From Raillietiella orientalis (taxonomy: Eukaryota), in NCBI GenBank assembly GCA_036172245.1, contig JAYWIR010000036.1:1302001-1366000 (forward strand): a stretch of DNA of 64,000 nucleotides, in the 5' to 3' direction. The position numbers and the translations under genes are program-made. The notes under the pieces are model-generated. The model was not told the origin of the DNA. It was given only the letters and a program-made list of their open reading frames with translations, and made no database searches. Below are positions 49,541 through 61,130 of the stretch, piece by piece (the first letter of the stretch is position 1; each line of letters starts with the position of its first letter).

Positions 49541-49699
49541 CGGGATGCTCAACCGGCTCTTCGAACCGATCCCGGCCTCTTGCTGTGCAAGTGGAGCAGC
49601 CCTCCGGAAAAGTTCGGAGTTCTTCCCGGGCTTCCCGGAGGCGCACCCAGCCTCCCGCCATGCTTCAGATCTTCGCTTCGGATCCATCTCGAGCTTCGC

Positions 49700-50250
49700 C
49701 CAGGGGTTATCCGAGAAGGTCCTCGCCGACTTCACCACCCGCGAGCACAAGAGGTCGTCGAGGAACACGCGGTCGGATGTGCCCGGCTGGACGGTTGCCG
49801 ACCGCTGCTCCTTGACCGGCGGGCGCGCATGCGCGGGGCCCGCGACGCGTCGGGCGCGCGCCGGCCGAGGCGAGGCGGGTTCCGGAGGTGAAGGGGAGCG
49901 CTTTGCATGGGATTCTCCCGTACTCCACCAGCAACACCACCTCCCGCCACTGGAGGGCGAGGGTGCCACTGTTCCTGCACTCTGGAGATCACTTCGCCTC
50001 CTCCGGAGGGATGCCGAACAGCTCTCCCCAGCGTACAAGTCCGTGGGGTTGGACACTCGGGGCTGCAGCGCTCATCACTTCCCGAGTTGTTCGCCCCCCA
50101 GAAGTTGCATCCTCACTTCCCACCTTGCTGGGATTAGTCCCTGCAAGGTGGCCATGGATGATGGAAATTCTTTCGGTTCTGATGAGTTTTCCCTGCTTTC
50201 CATCCAGCTTTTTATTTCCCTCCCTTTTTTGGTTCTCAATGGGCGCTGAA
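49700..50250 (+). mobile_element. Possible decayed LINE ORF2 C-terminal region
   Basis: LWRSLRLL...GCSAHHFPSCSP resembles LWxxxxxxL...ExxxHxFxxCP. Confidence 0.3.
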
Positions 50251-50289
50251 GGATCGTTCGCCTCCCTGCGGAGAGGGAGAGGGTTACAG

Positions 50290-50536
50290 GGCCTTTAAGA
50301 ACCTTCCAAGTCACCCTAGGGTGCATGTGACTCTTCAATTCAGGGACCAACCCTGGGGGACCACCCTATGAATCCAGGAAGGCTCTGGAGATAGGAGTCC
50401 GTTCCCCTCTTACACTTGGGAGGGAGCTTCGAAAGGAACCCGGAACCCGCTCCCGGAATGTCTTCTCCGGAGGGAACCCGCCTGGGAACCGCTCCCTGTT
50501 TCGTCCCATGAAGGGTGTTCCTCGAAGGGAGCAGCA
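50290..50536 (-). mobile_element. SINE-like family 3' fragment S4
   Basis: CCACCCTATGAATCCAGGAAGGCTC and TCTTCTCCGGAGGGAACCC are shared with S2/S3/S5. Confidence 0.8.
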
Positions 50537-50649
50537 CAAAATAGGTGGCGTCCCTGTCGTCCTGACCTCCCCTGGTGTCGCTCCATGCAGCCACGATTCC
50601 GCGTAGACAGTAGAGCGCTGCTAGGGATGCAGCCGGCGTGAGGGCGTAG

Positions 50650-52150
50650 CGCAGGAAGAGGCGCTTCAGAACGTTTCTGTGGTCACCCCCGGGGATCCTC
50701 AGCGATGCGGCAAAGTGTTCCCACTAACCACGAGCAGGTGCCGGAGGCACTCTTTTTCGCCACACTGCTGCAGCTGGGACTCACCTCCTCCCTTGAGTCC
50801 AATGGTGTCGCCGGGAGTTGCGCGGGAGACCCCAATGCAATAGAAGGATCGCCGAAGGAGGTCGCCACTGTTCCAGCATGCTGGTGACCTCTCCACCTCC
50901 TCCAGAAGAATTTGTAGTGGGTGGAGGCAAGCTGGAAGATAAGAAGGGCATCTGGTTCCTGTGCCTGCGGTTCCCACCTGGAGACTGAGCTCCAGGGGTC
51001 AAAGAGCAGGCAGCCCCTCTACACTCGGGGACCCCAAAACGAATCTTCAGAGCGATCCCCGAATTCCCTGACGACGACCGAGCCCTGAAAATTCGTGAAA
51101 GCGCCGGGATTTCGTGAGGACTTGGAGCCGGGAAGGTAGACGGCAGCGAAAACTCCCGCGCAGCACGCGCCACCGGGGTGTGTGGAGTGCAAGGAGATTC
51201 CCATTCCACGAAATGAAATGCAAAGCCAGGAACCTTCCATTCGTCCTTTTGTGGATTGGATTCTTGCGTGGATTCTGAAGGGAAGGAGATGGGAAAGGGG
51301 GTGGCAGGTGGAGGTGCAGGAGCTCAGAGCCATTTTCCTAACTCGGGGCGATTAGGAAAGCCCCATTGCGAGGAAGGAAAGTGGGGAGGGTTTAATAAGA
51401 GAAATGGGGGGACACTCGCGAGCCATCCCCCGGCCCCTGCGCCGGGTTGCGGCAGTGGGCAGATATTCCGAAGAAAACGCATCATCATCTGTTCTTCGAT
51501 CTCTGAAGACGCGAGGACTTTCTCTTTCGCGAACGGAAGAGTTTCCAGGTTTTTCCGCCAGGGCGTGAGCCCCCCGCCATCCGCGTGGATCCGCGTTCAT
51601 CGAAGCTCGGGTGTTCGCCGCTGGTGGCGAACAGAAAGGAGGCGCTCCCTGCCGCTGATTTGGAGGGGAGAGGGAAGACCCGGAGCTGCTGGTGAAGTGG
51701 CAGGAAAATGATCTCCAGGGAATTCTGCTGTACTGCCCCCCGAGGCTGTCCCGACCTCGACGGGAGCAGCAGGAGAGCGGAAAAGCGCGCTTGTTTTTCC
51801 GGAAGCATAATAGGTCTTCAGCGACCCCCCTCCTCCCCGGTCGGTGATTTGCGACTGCTACCACTTTGCCGCGCAGGGGACGAGGGAAGCATTCGCGAAC
51901 TCCTTTCTCTCTTTCGCATCCTTGGCGCCACTCCTCGCTCCACAGAAGGCTCGGAAGGGTTTCCCTCTGACCAATTCCACCGCCGTCTTGCTGCGTCCGA
52001 CGCCACCCACGCTCTCGATGAACCCCATAGCTTTGGAATCCGTTGACCTGGATGGTGGTGGTGCTTCTCGTCTCACTGCTCGAGGTCCGTGCGCAGTCCA
52101 TAATCCCGTTTTGAGTTCGCATCACAGATGATCGTGGTCCCTGCACTCTT
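50650..52150 (-). mobile_element. Decayed RT region
   Basis: Minus ORF 51352-52146: QVNGFQSY (cf. GPDGFxxE), LRGKVV (cf. GRxI), SRIPWRSF (cf. DRVxWxFL) in order. Confidence 0.35.
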
Positions 52151-53541
52151 CACCGCCGCGCCGAGTCCCTTTATGATAGCTCCGTTGTCCTTGTCAACCG
52201 AACTCTCCCTCCCGATGTAGGATCCGACTCCAGTAACCCCCTCTTCCCTTCATCAGTTTACGATACACCTCATTAGCTTTTCAGGACGCCAGCTCCGCGT
52301 TAGGCTTCCGTCATGTGTTAAGGACGTTTAGTCACCACAGAGACTTCCAGGTTAGCATCTGGGAATCGCAGATGCTTTCCGTACCGGAATCGCCGTCGAT
52401 CTCGATGTCTTTTTTCCCCAGACTTGTGCTGAAATGTCAACATATTTTAAGGTTATTTATGAGTCCCGATGGCATTCCTGTGAACGAACAATGGAGTTCT
52501 GTAGCCCCGCGTACGAAACACTGGAGAAAGTGCAGCTTTTCTGTCGGTAAAGTTGAGGATGGCGAACGCGCACGTAATCCCGAACACCGATCGTGTTTTC
52601 CGCATGCGTCTGAAAGTCTGAAAAGTCTCAAGGCAAAGTCGGAAGTTTACCAAATACGAGAGCAAATTGAAAAGCGACGTGCAGTTGCGTCTTCTCCACG
52701 CCATGGAAAAGAATTTGAGAAAAACGTCGGTTGTCGGTCCATCGCGAAGCCGTTTACCAACGCTTGGGCTCGTCTATTTATTTAACGATTATTACATTCA
52801 ATTTATTCTTCTTAAATAAATTTACAATTAAATCCTATTTCAATGCAAAATTACATTTACATATCCAAATTTAATATAATGTAGTTCACAAATTATTCTT
52901 TTTCATGCTGCATCTTGATTAGAACTTTTAATTGCAATTTATTTAGAAAATTAATTACTCTTAAATAATCAAATTCCTATTTCGACCAAATCACGATTCC
53001 GACCATGAGTAGTTACCATCGTATCTCTCTTTTAGGGGGTCGCAGACGTGACCCAGAAGCCAAGGTGGAGAGAGAAGAATGACTTTTTTGCCGAACCGGC
53101 GTTGCAGAACAGGCGCACCAAATTCCCAGGCACTCCCACTTGGGCTCACGACATCAGGTGAACACCTCGCTCGGTGTAAAACCCATGGTATCCGGGCAAG
53201 ACATGGGATCACGTAACCGGCGCAGATCCACGACTGAAGGCGTGGACGACAGGAGAAACTCTTGTGCTCCCACTTCCTTGAGCCTAGCAAATGTACAATC
53301 AAGGTTGTTTCGTGAATTTCCTCGCGGAAGAATTGGTGGACGTCTTGAGGACCTTCATCACTTGTCCACGCTCACTCTACCCATTCCAGGCTGTTTCAAT
53401 CGATTTCTTCAATTGATGCACTTCCGATCATCTTGTGCTGGGACTCTAGATGTTTTAGAGCACGTTTTTTCGTTAGTGGTGCCATTGGAAACCGGCACGG
53501 CGACACCTTTCACTGTACTGCACCCACCAAAAGGCTAGGCG

Positions 53542-54435
53542 CATCACGAGGTCATCCCTTACAAGATCAATGCCAACTTCAGCGGATCCCACAAAGCCCT
53601 CTTCAAGAAGGCCACGAAGCACTGGGACGGCACCTGCACGAGCAAGGAGGTGACCAAGTCTTCCTTCCGACCTCTGACCCCCTTTCTCCCCTCTCCTCTT
53701 CCCTGGAGGAGGAAGGGGGCCGTAAATTGCCTTGCCCCAGGAACCCACGGGGACCCCTCACGGCCTCTCGGATTCTTCCCAGGCGCTTTCCTTCCTCCTC
53801 CTCCTCGTCTTTCTTTTCCACCTCCCGAGGGGCGGGTTCCTTTCCCGGCCCTCCACCCACGCGCTGACTGACGGATGTTCCACACTTCAGCTGCTGCTCG
53901 TTCGTGGGGAAGAGAGGGGACGGGCCACAGGCCACCTCCATCGGGAAGAACTGCGAAAAGTTCGGCATCGTAGTCCACGAGCTGGGCCACGTGGTCGGGT
54001 TTTGGCACGAGCACACGCGTCCTGACAGAGACGACCACGTGCAGATACTCCGGGAAAGCATCATGCCAGGTGAGAACCTCCGGGGTTAAGTCTCCACCGA
54101 TGGCTTCCGGCAGTGGGGGTAGCGGCGTAGATACAGCCCTCTCCATCTACCTGCCTGCCGGCGTTCCAAACGAAGGAAGGGGAGGGGGCTGGAAAGGGGT
54201 AGCAGCGGCGACGGGCAATGGGACCATTTTTCAGGTCAGGAGTACAATTTCAACAAGCTGGACTCCACGGAGGTCAACTCCCTCGGCCAGCGGTACGACT
54301 ACGACTCCATCACGCACTACATCAGGAACACGTTCTCCAAGACCAACCTGAACGCCATCCTCACGGTCCTGACCGAGTAGGCGGGAGGCCCGAGGTAACA
54401 AGAGGCTCGAGATAGATCTGAGGGCATACCTCAGC
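53542..54435 (+). pseudogene. BMP1/tolloid-like astacin metalloprotease domain fragment, three exon remnants (53542-~53649, 53891-54069, 54235-~54435)
   Basis: [72 protein letters not shown] (HExxHxxGxxH at 53976-54008); [26 protein letters not shown]. Intron 54070-54234 is GT..AG. Met-turn SIMHY is changed to SITHY; TAG at 54378-54380, frameshifts after. Confidence 0.9.
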
Positions 54436-56429
54436 CAGCAGTGGTTTGCTGACTAGGCGCGTCCGCACACTTCTGGACCGATTGTCTTTGCTTCTCAGCT
54501 CATCCTCGTACGTGCTCAAAAGGCAGCGACGGAAAATCTTGAATGGAAAATCTTGAACAGATTTGTGCGGATAAGAAGGAAAGAGCATGCCGACAGGTTG
54601 GAAACCGTCGCAGACAATCGCCACAGAGAAAAGGAATCTCTGTTCTCCGGAATGAACGTTTTTCCAACGTAAAACTGGACGCAAGGGTACTTTCGAGAAA
54701 GGCCCAGAAACGTGGGAAGGCTGAAAATGGACGCATGAATCCACTGCATGGGTGGATGCGACGCAACAACTTCAGCATGCACTCGCTCTGAAAAGTGGAT
54801 GCATTTGCATCACGCTGACTCCGTCCTCCTCCTTCCTCAAGTTCCAGGTAATCGGAACGCTTCATCGGATTAGAAAGTCTGAGAGAGCAGCGGACGACCG
54901 TTCATTGCAGCCAATCAGTCAGAGCAGTGGGTGCAGTGTCTGAGAGAGCAGCCCAAGCCAGAGTTTGCAGCCAGAAGATCCCTGTCAACTAAGGATAAAT
55001 GGGTAGAGTGGTTTGCCTGCACATCCTTGTGCAGAAATGGACTTCTCCTAGAGCGTTTGGATGCACGGAAGTGCTGTTTGGAGCTCCATCTAAAGGCTGT
55101 TGCATCAGCTGCCAAACACTGATCCGAGATGTGTGGTAAGTGGCGGCCGTACATGTGATTCACTGTCGTTAGGTACGCCTCGACGTCTTCCAGTTACAAA
55201 CCGGCACCCAGAAAAGAAGGAGCAACTGTTGAAGCACCTATGATCATGACAACCCAACCGGGAATCGAAGACGAAGACGATATTCGTTTCGTTCGTTGGG
55301 TTATAGGAGCGAGAACGGAGGAGACGTCGTCGGTTCAAAGTCAGCGTCCAGGTCGGCCGTCACAGCAATGCTCCGAATCTGCTGCCGCAACTTCCGTAGC
55401 CACACAGGCGCGTTCTCTCTCCCGGCAGCACGGAAACACCAAAAGGTGGACACGCCAACAAAGCTGACAGAATCCTTAATTTTTTTTTTTTTTTTTCCTG
55501 CAAAACCACGGCACAAACGCAGCGCAAAATAGCACCATACCGCTGAGTAAGGAGTGCGGATGCCTTAGAGATAAGAGACCATTCGTTGCAGTTCTCGAGG
55601 ATTGCCGCTGGGAAAGCCCGGTTCGTTCTTGAACGTTGCATTGCTTCCGATACGTTCTTAAACGGGTTGCATTGTTCTGCATGCAAGGAGTTTCCAAGTG
55701 GACTCAATCGGTGACTCACTGAAGGGACGGATTGGTGGCACACACGACCCTCGGAGTGTGCATCAGTGCTCACTGCAGAAAGGTTCCCGGCGCAGGAACA
55801 GCACCACCGTTCGTAGGGAGAAAGGAACGACTTGGGAACAGGCCCATAGGTTTCTGTCAGTCCACGGGAGAAGATCCATCAAGTTTTACCAGGGTCGCAG
55901 CTCCCCCTCAGGCTGATCCCTAGATGGTCATACCAGCAGCCATCCGGACCGACATCTGGCTGCAGTTCCTGCTCCCCAGAAAACGGCGGTCCTCTTGGAC
56001 TAACCGAATGTGGTTCGGCATGGATAGTCCGCGCTCTTGTTGGGCTGGTGTGATGATGAGCGTCCCACGCGTTCCTCCAACGCGCCTTGGCTTTCCGCAC
56101 AGCAGCAGCAGATCCGACGGTGCTTCCTCAGTGGGTGGGCAAGCTCCGCGGAGTAGGAAACCTAGGGCCAGCCTCCTGTAGCAGCGGAGCCGTCAACATT
56201 GAGCGGCAAAGAGCGACTTTTGGGGGAATGAGACGTGTCAAGAGACATCGGACGTTCGGTCCGGAGCAGAAAGTATCGGTGGCTGGTTTTTGGGAAGTGA
56301 AGCCGCTATGCTGCCCTTCTCGGGCTCTAGGAGGTTGAGCTCCGCATCCCGACGCGGAGAAGCCAAGTCTTTCAGGCGAATCCAGGAACTCGAAACACTG
56401 TGAGTGCTGAAAAACCGTTCGTCTTCTTG

Positions 56430-57078
56430 GGGGGAGGCTCACGCACGTTCGTGAGGAGCCACACCTCTTTATACACTGTCCACACCACCCGGAGGTGCGC
56501 GCAACTCTTCAAGTTATGGGGAGTAACTCGGGAGGGCACCACCCCATGAATCCAGGAGGACTCTGGAGGAAGAAGTCTGTTCCTCTTCCCTTTTCTCCTC
56601 CTAGGGACCTCCGGTTTGCGGGGGAAACTCCTGATTTCTTCTCGGAGGGACCCCCAGAAAGGATCCGCTCCTTGTTTCCTCCTCTGAAGAGAACCCCGAA
56701 AGGACGCTTCTTGCACGCTGGAGAGGCGACCCCCCAGGAGGATGTCAACCTACTCCACGGCACACGATGGAGGGGGAAACCCCCCCTAGATGGGGGACAG
56801 CTCATTCTCATAATCGGAGGGGAACCCAGAAGGCTCGCTGGTCCCTTGAAGGACCCCCAGAGGGTCAACTTTCAAATCGTGGTCAGTCAACGGGGACACC
56901 CGGCTTCCGCCAGTGCCGCACTGGAAACCAACCGAGGCCAATCAGCGTCATCCTGAGGGGGGAACTCGAAGCCCACGGCGCACCCCACGTTCTCAGCGTC
57001 GATCCTTCGCCCCGGGCGGGATTCGAACCTGCCAACGCACGGAGACCTCAGTCACGCAATCCGCCAACGCAGGCCGCA
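56430..57078 (-). mobile_element. SINE-like family copy S5 (head type A)
   Basis: Minus-strand B box at 57019-57029; head nearly identical to S3; body colinear with S1/S3. Confidence 0.85.
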
Positions 57079-57317
57079 GAGGCTTCCGCACCTGGCAGCC
57101 GATCTGCTTCCGAGTCCTGCCGGAACGAGAGAGAGAGAGAGCAGGGCATGAGAAACCCGCCAGCCTCAGGCCGTTTTCCACCTGAGCCTGAAACATGCAT
57201 GAGGTGTCAGCTGAACTGTTTGGCGCTGCAAGGTAGAAGGAATGAAAGAGAAGAGTGGAGGCACTTGAGACTTGGGAATAGGGGAACAAAGAGGTCAAAA
57301 GCAGCAAAGAATTCCAG

Positions 57318-57670
57318 CCCGCGTCGGAGGTCTTGTGGTTAAGGCTTCCGCGCGTGGCACCATGCAATCGCGGGTTCGAATACTTCGGCAGAAACTGACG
57401 CTACTGCGTCGTCGGGTGCCGAGTTTCTCCTGCAATGGCGCTGGTTGGCCTAATCATTCGGGCGTGGCACCGGCGGTGGATAAAACCGGAGGCCCCCGAT
57501 GAAGGCCGGAACAATGGGAGTCGACCTTCGAGTCCTCCCAGAAAGGAGTCGGGAGTTCCTCCTCCGGTCGTGCAACGGAGAGCGGACCGCCGTCACCATG
57601 GGACCCTTCCTGTTTCAAGATGTAGCAGGAGCCCTGACGGGCACCTCTCCAGTTGTTCAAGGGAAGGATG
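57318..57670 (+). mobile_element. SINE-like family 5' fragment S6 (head type B, tRNA-like A and B boxes)
   Basis: GGTCTTGTGGTTAAGG (57329-57344, D-arm/A-box-like) and GGTTCGAAT (57373-57381); 57368-57670 is colinear with the reverse complement of 26140-26443. Confidence 0.8.
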
Positions 57671-57679
57671 GTGCGCGGC

Positions 57680-60600
57680 ATCGGGGACATGCCGTACATG
57701 TCCCAGGTCTCGGTGTTTCCGCTGCGGGAAGCAGGGGCACCAGGTGAGGAATTGCAATGTGCCAGAGGTCTGAGCATTCTGCAAGGCGCCGGTACACGCG
57801 AGGTGGTGCTGTCCCGAGTACGCCAACTGGCGTACAATGCGTGGGCTACCCAGTGAGGGAGAAAGTTCAAACGGAGGTGGCGAAGCCTCAAAAGCCTGTG
57901 GAGAAACCAAGAAAGCTGAAGGAAGCCGCCCCAGTTTCGGCGTACGGCTTCATCGAAATAAGGAAGAGCAAGAGGAGGTTGCTCGTCAAGGAGCAAGAAC
58001 CCTCCCAGAAGCCCGAACAACAAGCAAATGCAGAGGAAAGCGAAAGGATGGAAGTGAATGAACCCACCCGGTGATGCAGGAAACCCTGTAAATACCGAGG
58101 AGGTGGTCAAGTTAGTAGAGGACGTCCGCCAGGAACTGACCGGAGAGCAACAGGAGCAACTCCAGAAGCGCGTCTGCGAGGTCCAGGAGGAAATCAACCA
58201 ACTGGTGGAGGTGTCGCAGCGCGAAAAGCTGCAGAACAAGCTTTTAGAGGTCAAGGCGAACTATTGCGCCATACTCAACCTGGAGACCCTCCCGCGCAAG
58301 ACGGTGGTCGCCAAGGCCGAGCGCTTGACCGAGGAGACAGGCACGGAGAGCGATGCCGGTAGCGAGAAGCCCGCATCTTCATCAGGAAGACTGCAACGGT
58401 CTCCCCGACAGGGGGAAGGCAAGAAACTAATCCTCTTGATGGCGTCGTCCTTGTCTACCGCCAGGAGAATCAAGATCGCCTCCTGGAACATCAATGGACT
58501 CACCGACAAGGCAAGAAGAAAAAGGATTGCACGGACCATCGCGCACTACGACATTGTATGCCTGCAAGAAACCCACGTGATGGGGCAGCAGATCAGCCTC
58601 AAATTGGAAAGGCGATTAAATTCCAAACTGTTTACCAGCGAGAGACAGACGTACACCATGGGTGTGGCGATCTCAATCAAGAACGAGCTAACTCACACCA
58701 TCCTGGAAACCTTCTGCCCCGTTCCCCGGAAGAATTGTCGCCGTACGGTTGTCCTGGTCCGCGAACGTGCACCTGTTCCTGGTGAACGTTTACGGACCCC
58801 ACCAACATAAGCACCGGTGCGCGGGGGCACTTCATGAACCCCTCCGACAGAAGGTCGCACCGAAGGACATCGTTATCATCGTGGGGGCTTTCAACATCCC
58901 GGACGAAATTATCTATTCCCGGGACGCCGGAGGCAGGACGGCGTGTCGGCGGCTGTCAGACGAGTTCGGACTGCTGTGGTTAACAGCCGTCCACAATCCG
59001 ATCGACCACGTCCTCTACAGCTCTGACATAGGGAACCGCATCCTCGGGTTTCGCGACACGCCCAACCCTGTGTCCGATCACCCCCTGGTTCGGTTCTCCC
59101 TCCGCACAGAGAATCCTCGACGGAACAAGGCCACCAGGGCGGCGCTCATCAGCATGCCCGCCTGGTTCGAAATGCTACCCTACCACCAAGAGCTTACAGA
59201 GGCGATTCTGCGGACGACCATCGTCAGCAGAGTCGCCGACTGGGATAGCTTGAAACACCGAGTCCATCTCTTCTGCAACATGCATTTCGGTGACAAGAGA
59301 TTGAGGCAGGAAGCGTTCCTGGAGCTGAACATTCGAGATCGCTCCCTCTCAAAGTACTGGCAACAGTACGATAGTCGGTACGTCTTCCAAAACATCAAGG
59401 GAGAAGTCGGTGTGCTGGAGAAGAGGAATCTGGCAACAGATATCTTCTGTATCCTGTACGAAGGTCAAGCCAAGCGCACGTCGGAGGATATCGCTGAAGC
59501 CCTCCAAAGGCACCACGTGGAACACTTCCGACGCAGACATCTGCGCAAGTCCTATGAAGATAGTTTCCTGAAACATCTGGAAAGAAGAGTTGATGAAAAA
59601 AATAGAAAGATGCTGGAAGAGGAAATCTTCGAGGAAGTGAAAGCTGTGCTCAAGGAACTTCGCAAGGATGTGGCAGCGGGCCCTGATAGTGCTCCCATCT
59701 CCCACTATCAGCGGTACCTGCATGCCTACCAGCGTTTGTTCCACCAGCTGACGCTACGCATCGGGGCAGAAGGAAGACTACCGCAATCCTTCTACGAGAG
59801 TAGGATGAGATTGCTACCAAAAGGAGGTGACCTAACGCAGGTCACCCAATGGAGGCCTATCTCGATCCTCAACTCCGACGCCAAGTGGTTGGCGAAGATC
59901 TGGGCCAACCGTTTAGGCAAGGTCGTGCCAAAGCTGATCTCTCCGGTCCAGACATGTGCGGTGCTTTGACGCCACATGTCGGACAATGTCAAGTGTGCCC
60001 AAGCTACCATTGGAATCAGCCGATATATCGGCGGGAACTTGGTACTGGGCTTCACTGACATGGAGAAGACTCTCGATACGATGGACCACGGGATGCTGCT
60101 GAAGATTCTAGGAAGACTGGGCCTCCCGGAATACTTCAGCAACTTCGTGAAGATGGTACTCGAAGAACAAAATTTCCGCATCAAGATTAATGGTGAAATG
60201 ACAACAGCTATCCGGATGGAACGCGGAGTCCGCCAGGGCGATGCTCCGAGTCCGATGCTGTTTGTCATCTACATGGAGGCCCTCTCGTCGCTCATCGAGA
60301 GAAGTGGATACCTCTACGGAATAACAATGGATACACAAAAGCTCACCCATCTAGCCTACGCAGATATCTTCTCTTCTTGCTAAAAGGGGAGAGAGATCAG
60401 CGAGGGTTTCTGCATGTGGTGGAGCTAATGGAACAAGGAATGGGCTCAAGAATCAATGCCCCAAAAGCCAGCTTTTGCCCGTCGGAATCCTGGACCTCTC
60501 CACTCTTACGAGGGAAGGTTTCCGCACGGTGGATCAAGTGAAGTACCTGGGCGTCGCGTTGGGGGACTTCTGACAATCAGAAGCCTGGTCAGGTCGTCTC

Positions 60601-61130
60601 CAGAAGGTAGAGCTGGCGATCGGCCCGTTCCTTCTGCCGGAACAGGCCGCGGTGTGGAACGCGTTCCACAACGCGTTCGCGGCTGCCATCCTCCGCCCCC
60701 TGCTTTTTGTTTGCCCCCCCCCCCGTTGAAAAAGAGGACAAAGGACCTCTCCGTATAGCCCACGAAAACGCTCACCCGTGCTGGACATGCAAGGACGGTG
60801 GGCATTCCAAGGTTTCGTCCCGAGAGAAACCAACGCCCGGGCACCGAACACACAGCATCCTAGAACAGCCTACTGCAGCAGATGAGGTCGAAGTGCAGAT
60901 TCGGATGCAGGCAGGCTTTGGATTGCTGCAGGCGCAACGAGCGACCAACCCCTATGCGGAAGATGGCGCCGGACCACGCCACCGGTGTTCTTCGAGCATC
61001 CCTCTCTTCCACATCCCCACTCTCCTTCGAACAGCAAACCCTCCTATTTGGCAAATCAAGGGTTGCAAACTCGCGTCAGGACCACTTCCGGCAACTTGTA
61101 CTCTTTCTTCCTGGTCGCAATCGATGCTGC
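57680..61130 (+). mobile_element. L1/Tx1-like non-LTR retrotransposon, best-preserved copy but disabled (ORF1 zinc knuckles, APE endonuclease, RT)
   Basis: CFRCGKQGHQVRNC (from 57714) plus a second knuckle *AFCKAPVHARWCC; IASWNINGL, DIVCLQETH, GVAISI, NVYGP, IDHVL, SDHPLV; AGPDS, LLPKGGDL..WRPISILNSDAK, GVRQGDAPSPMLF, AYAD, VKYLGV (60538). Frameshift near 58727, stop at 59967, YADD defective. Confidence 0.95.

Noticed and set aside
57318..57400. Functional tRNA gene (also 46260-46340 and 57000-57078)
   Set aside because: A/B-box-like motifs are present, but no complete cloverleaf or oligo-T terminator; each continues into a shared repeat body.
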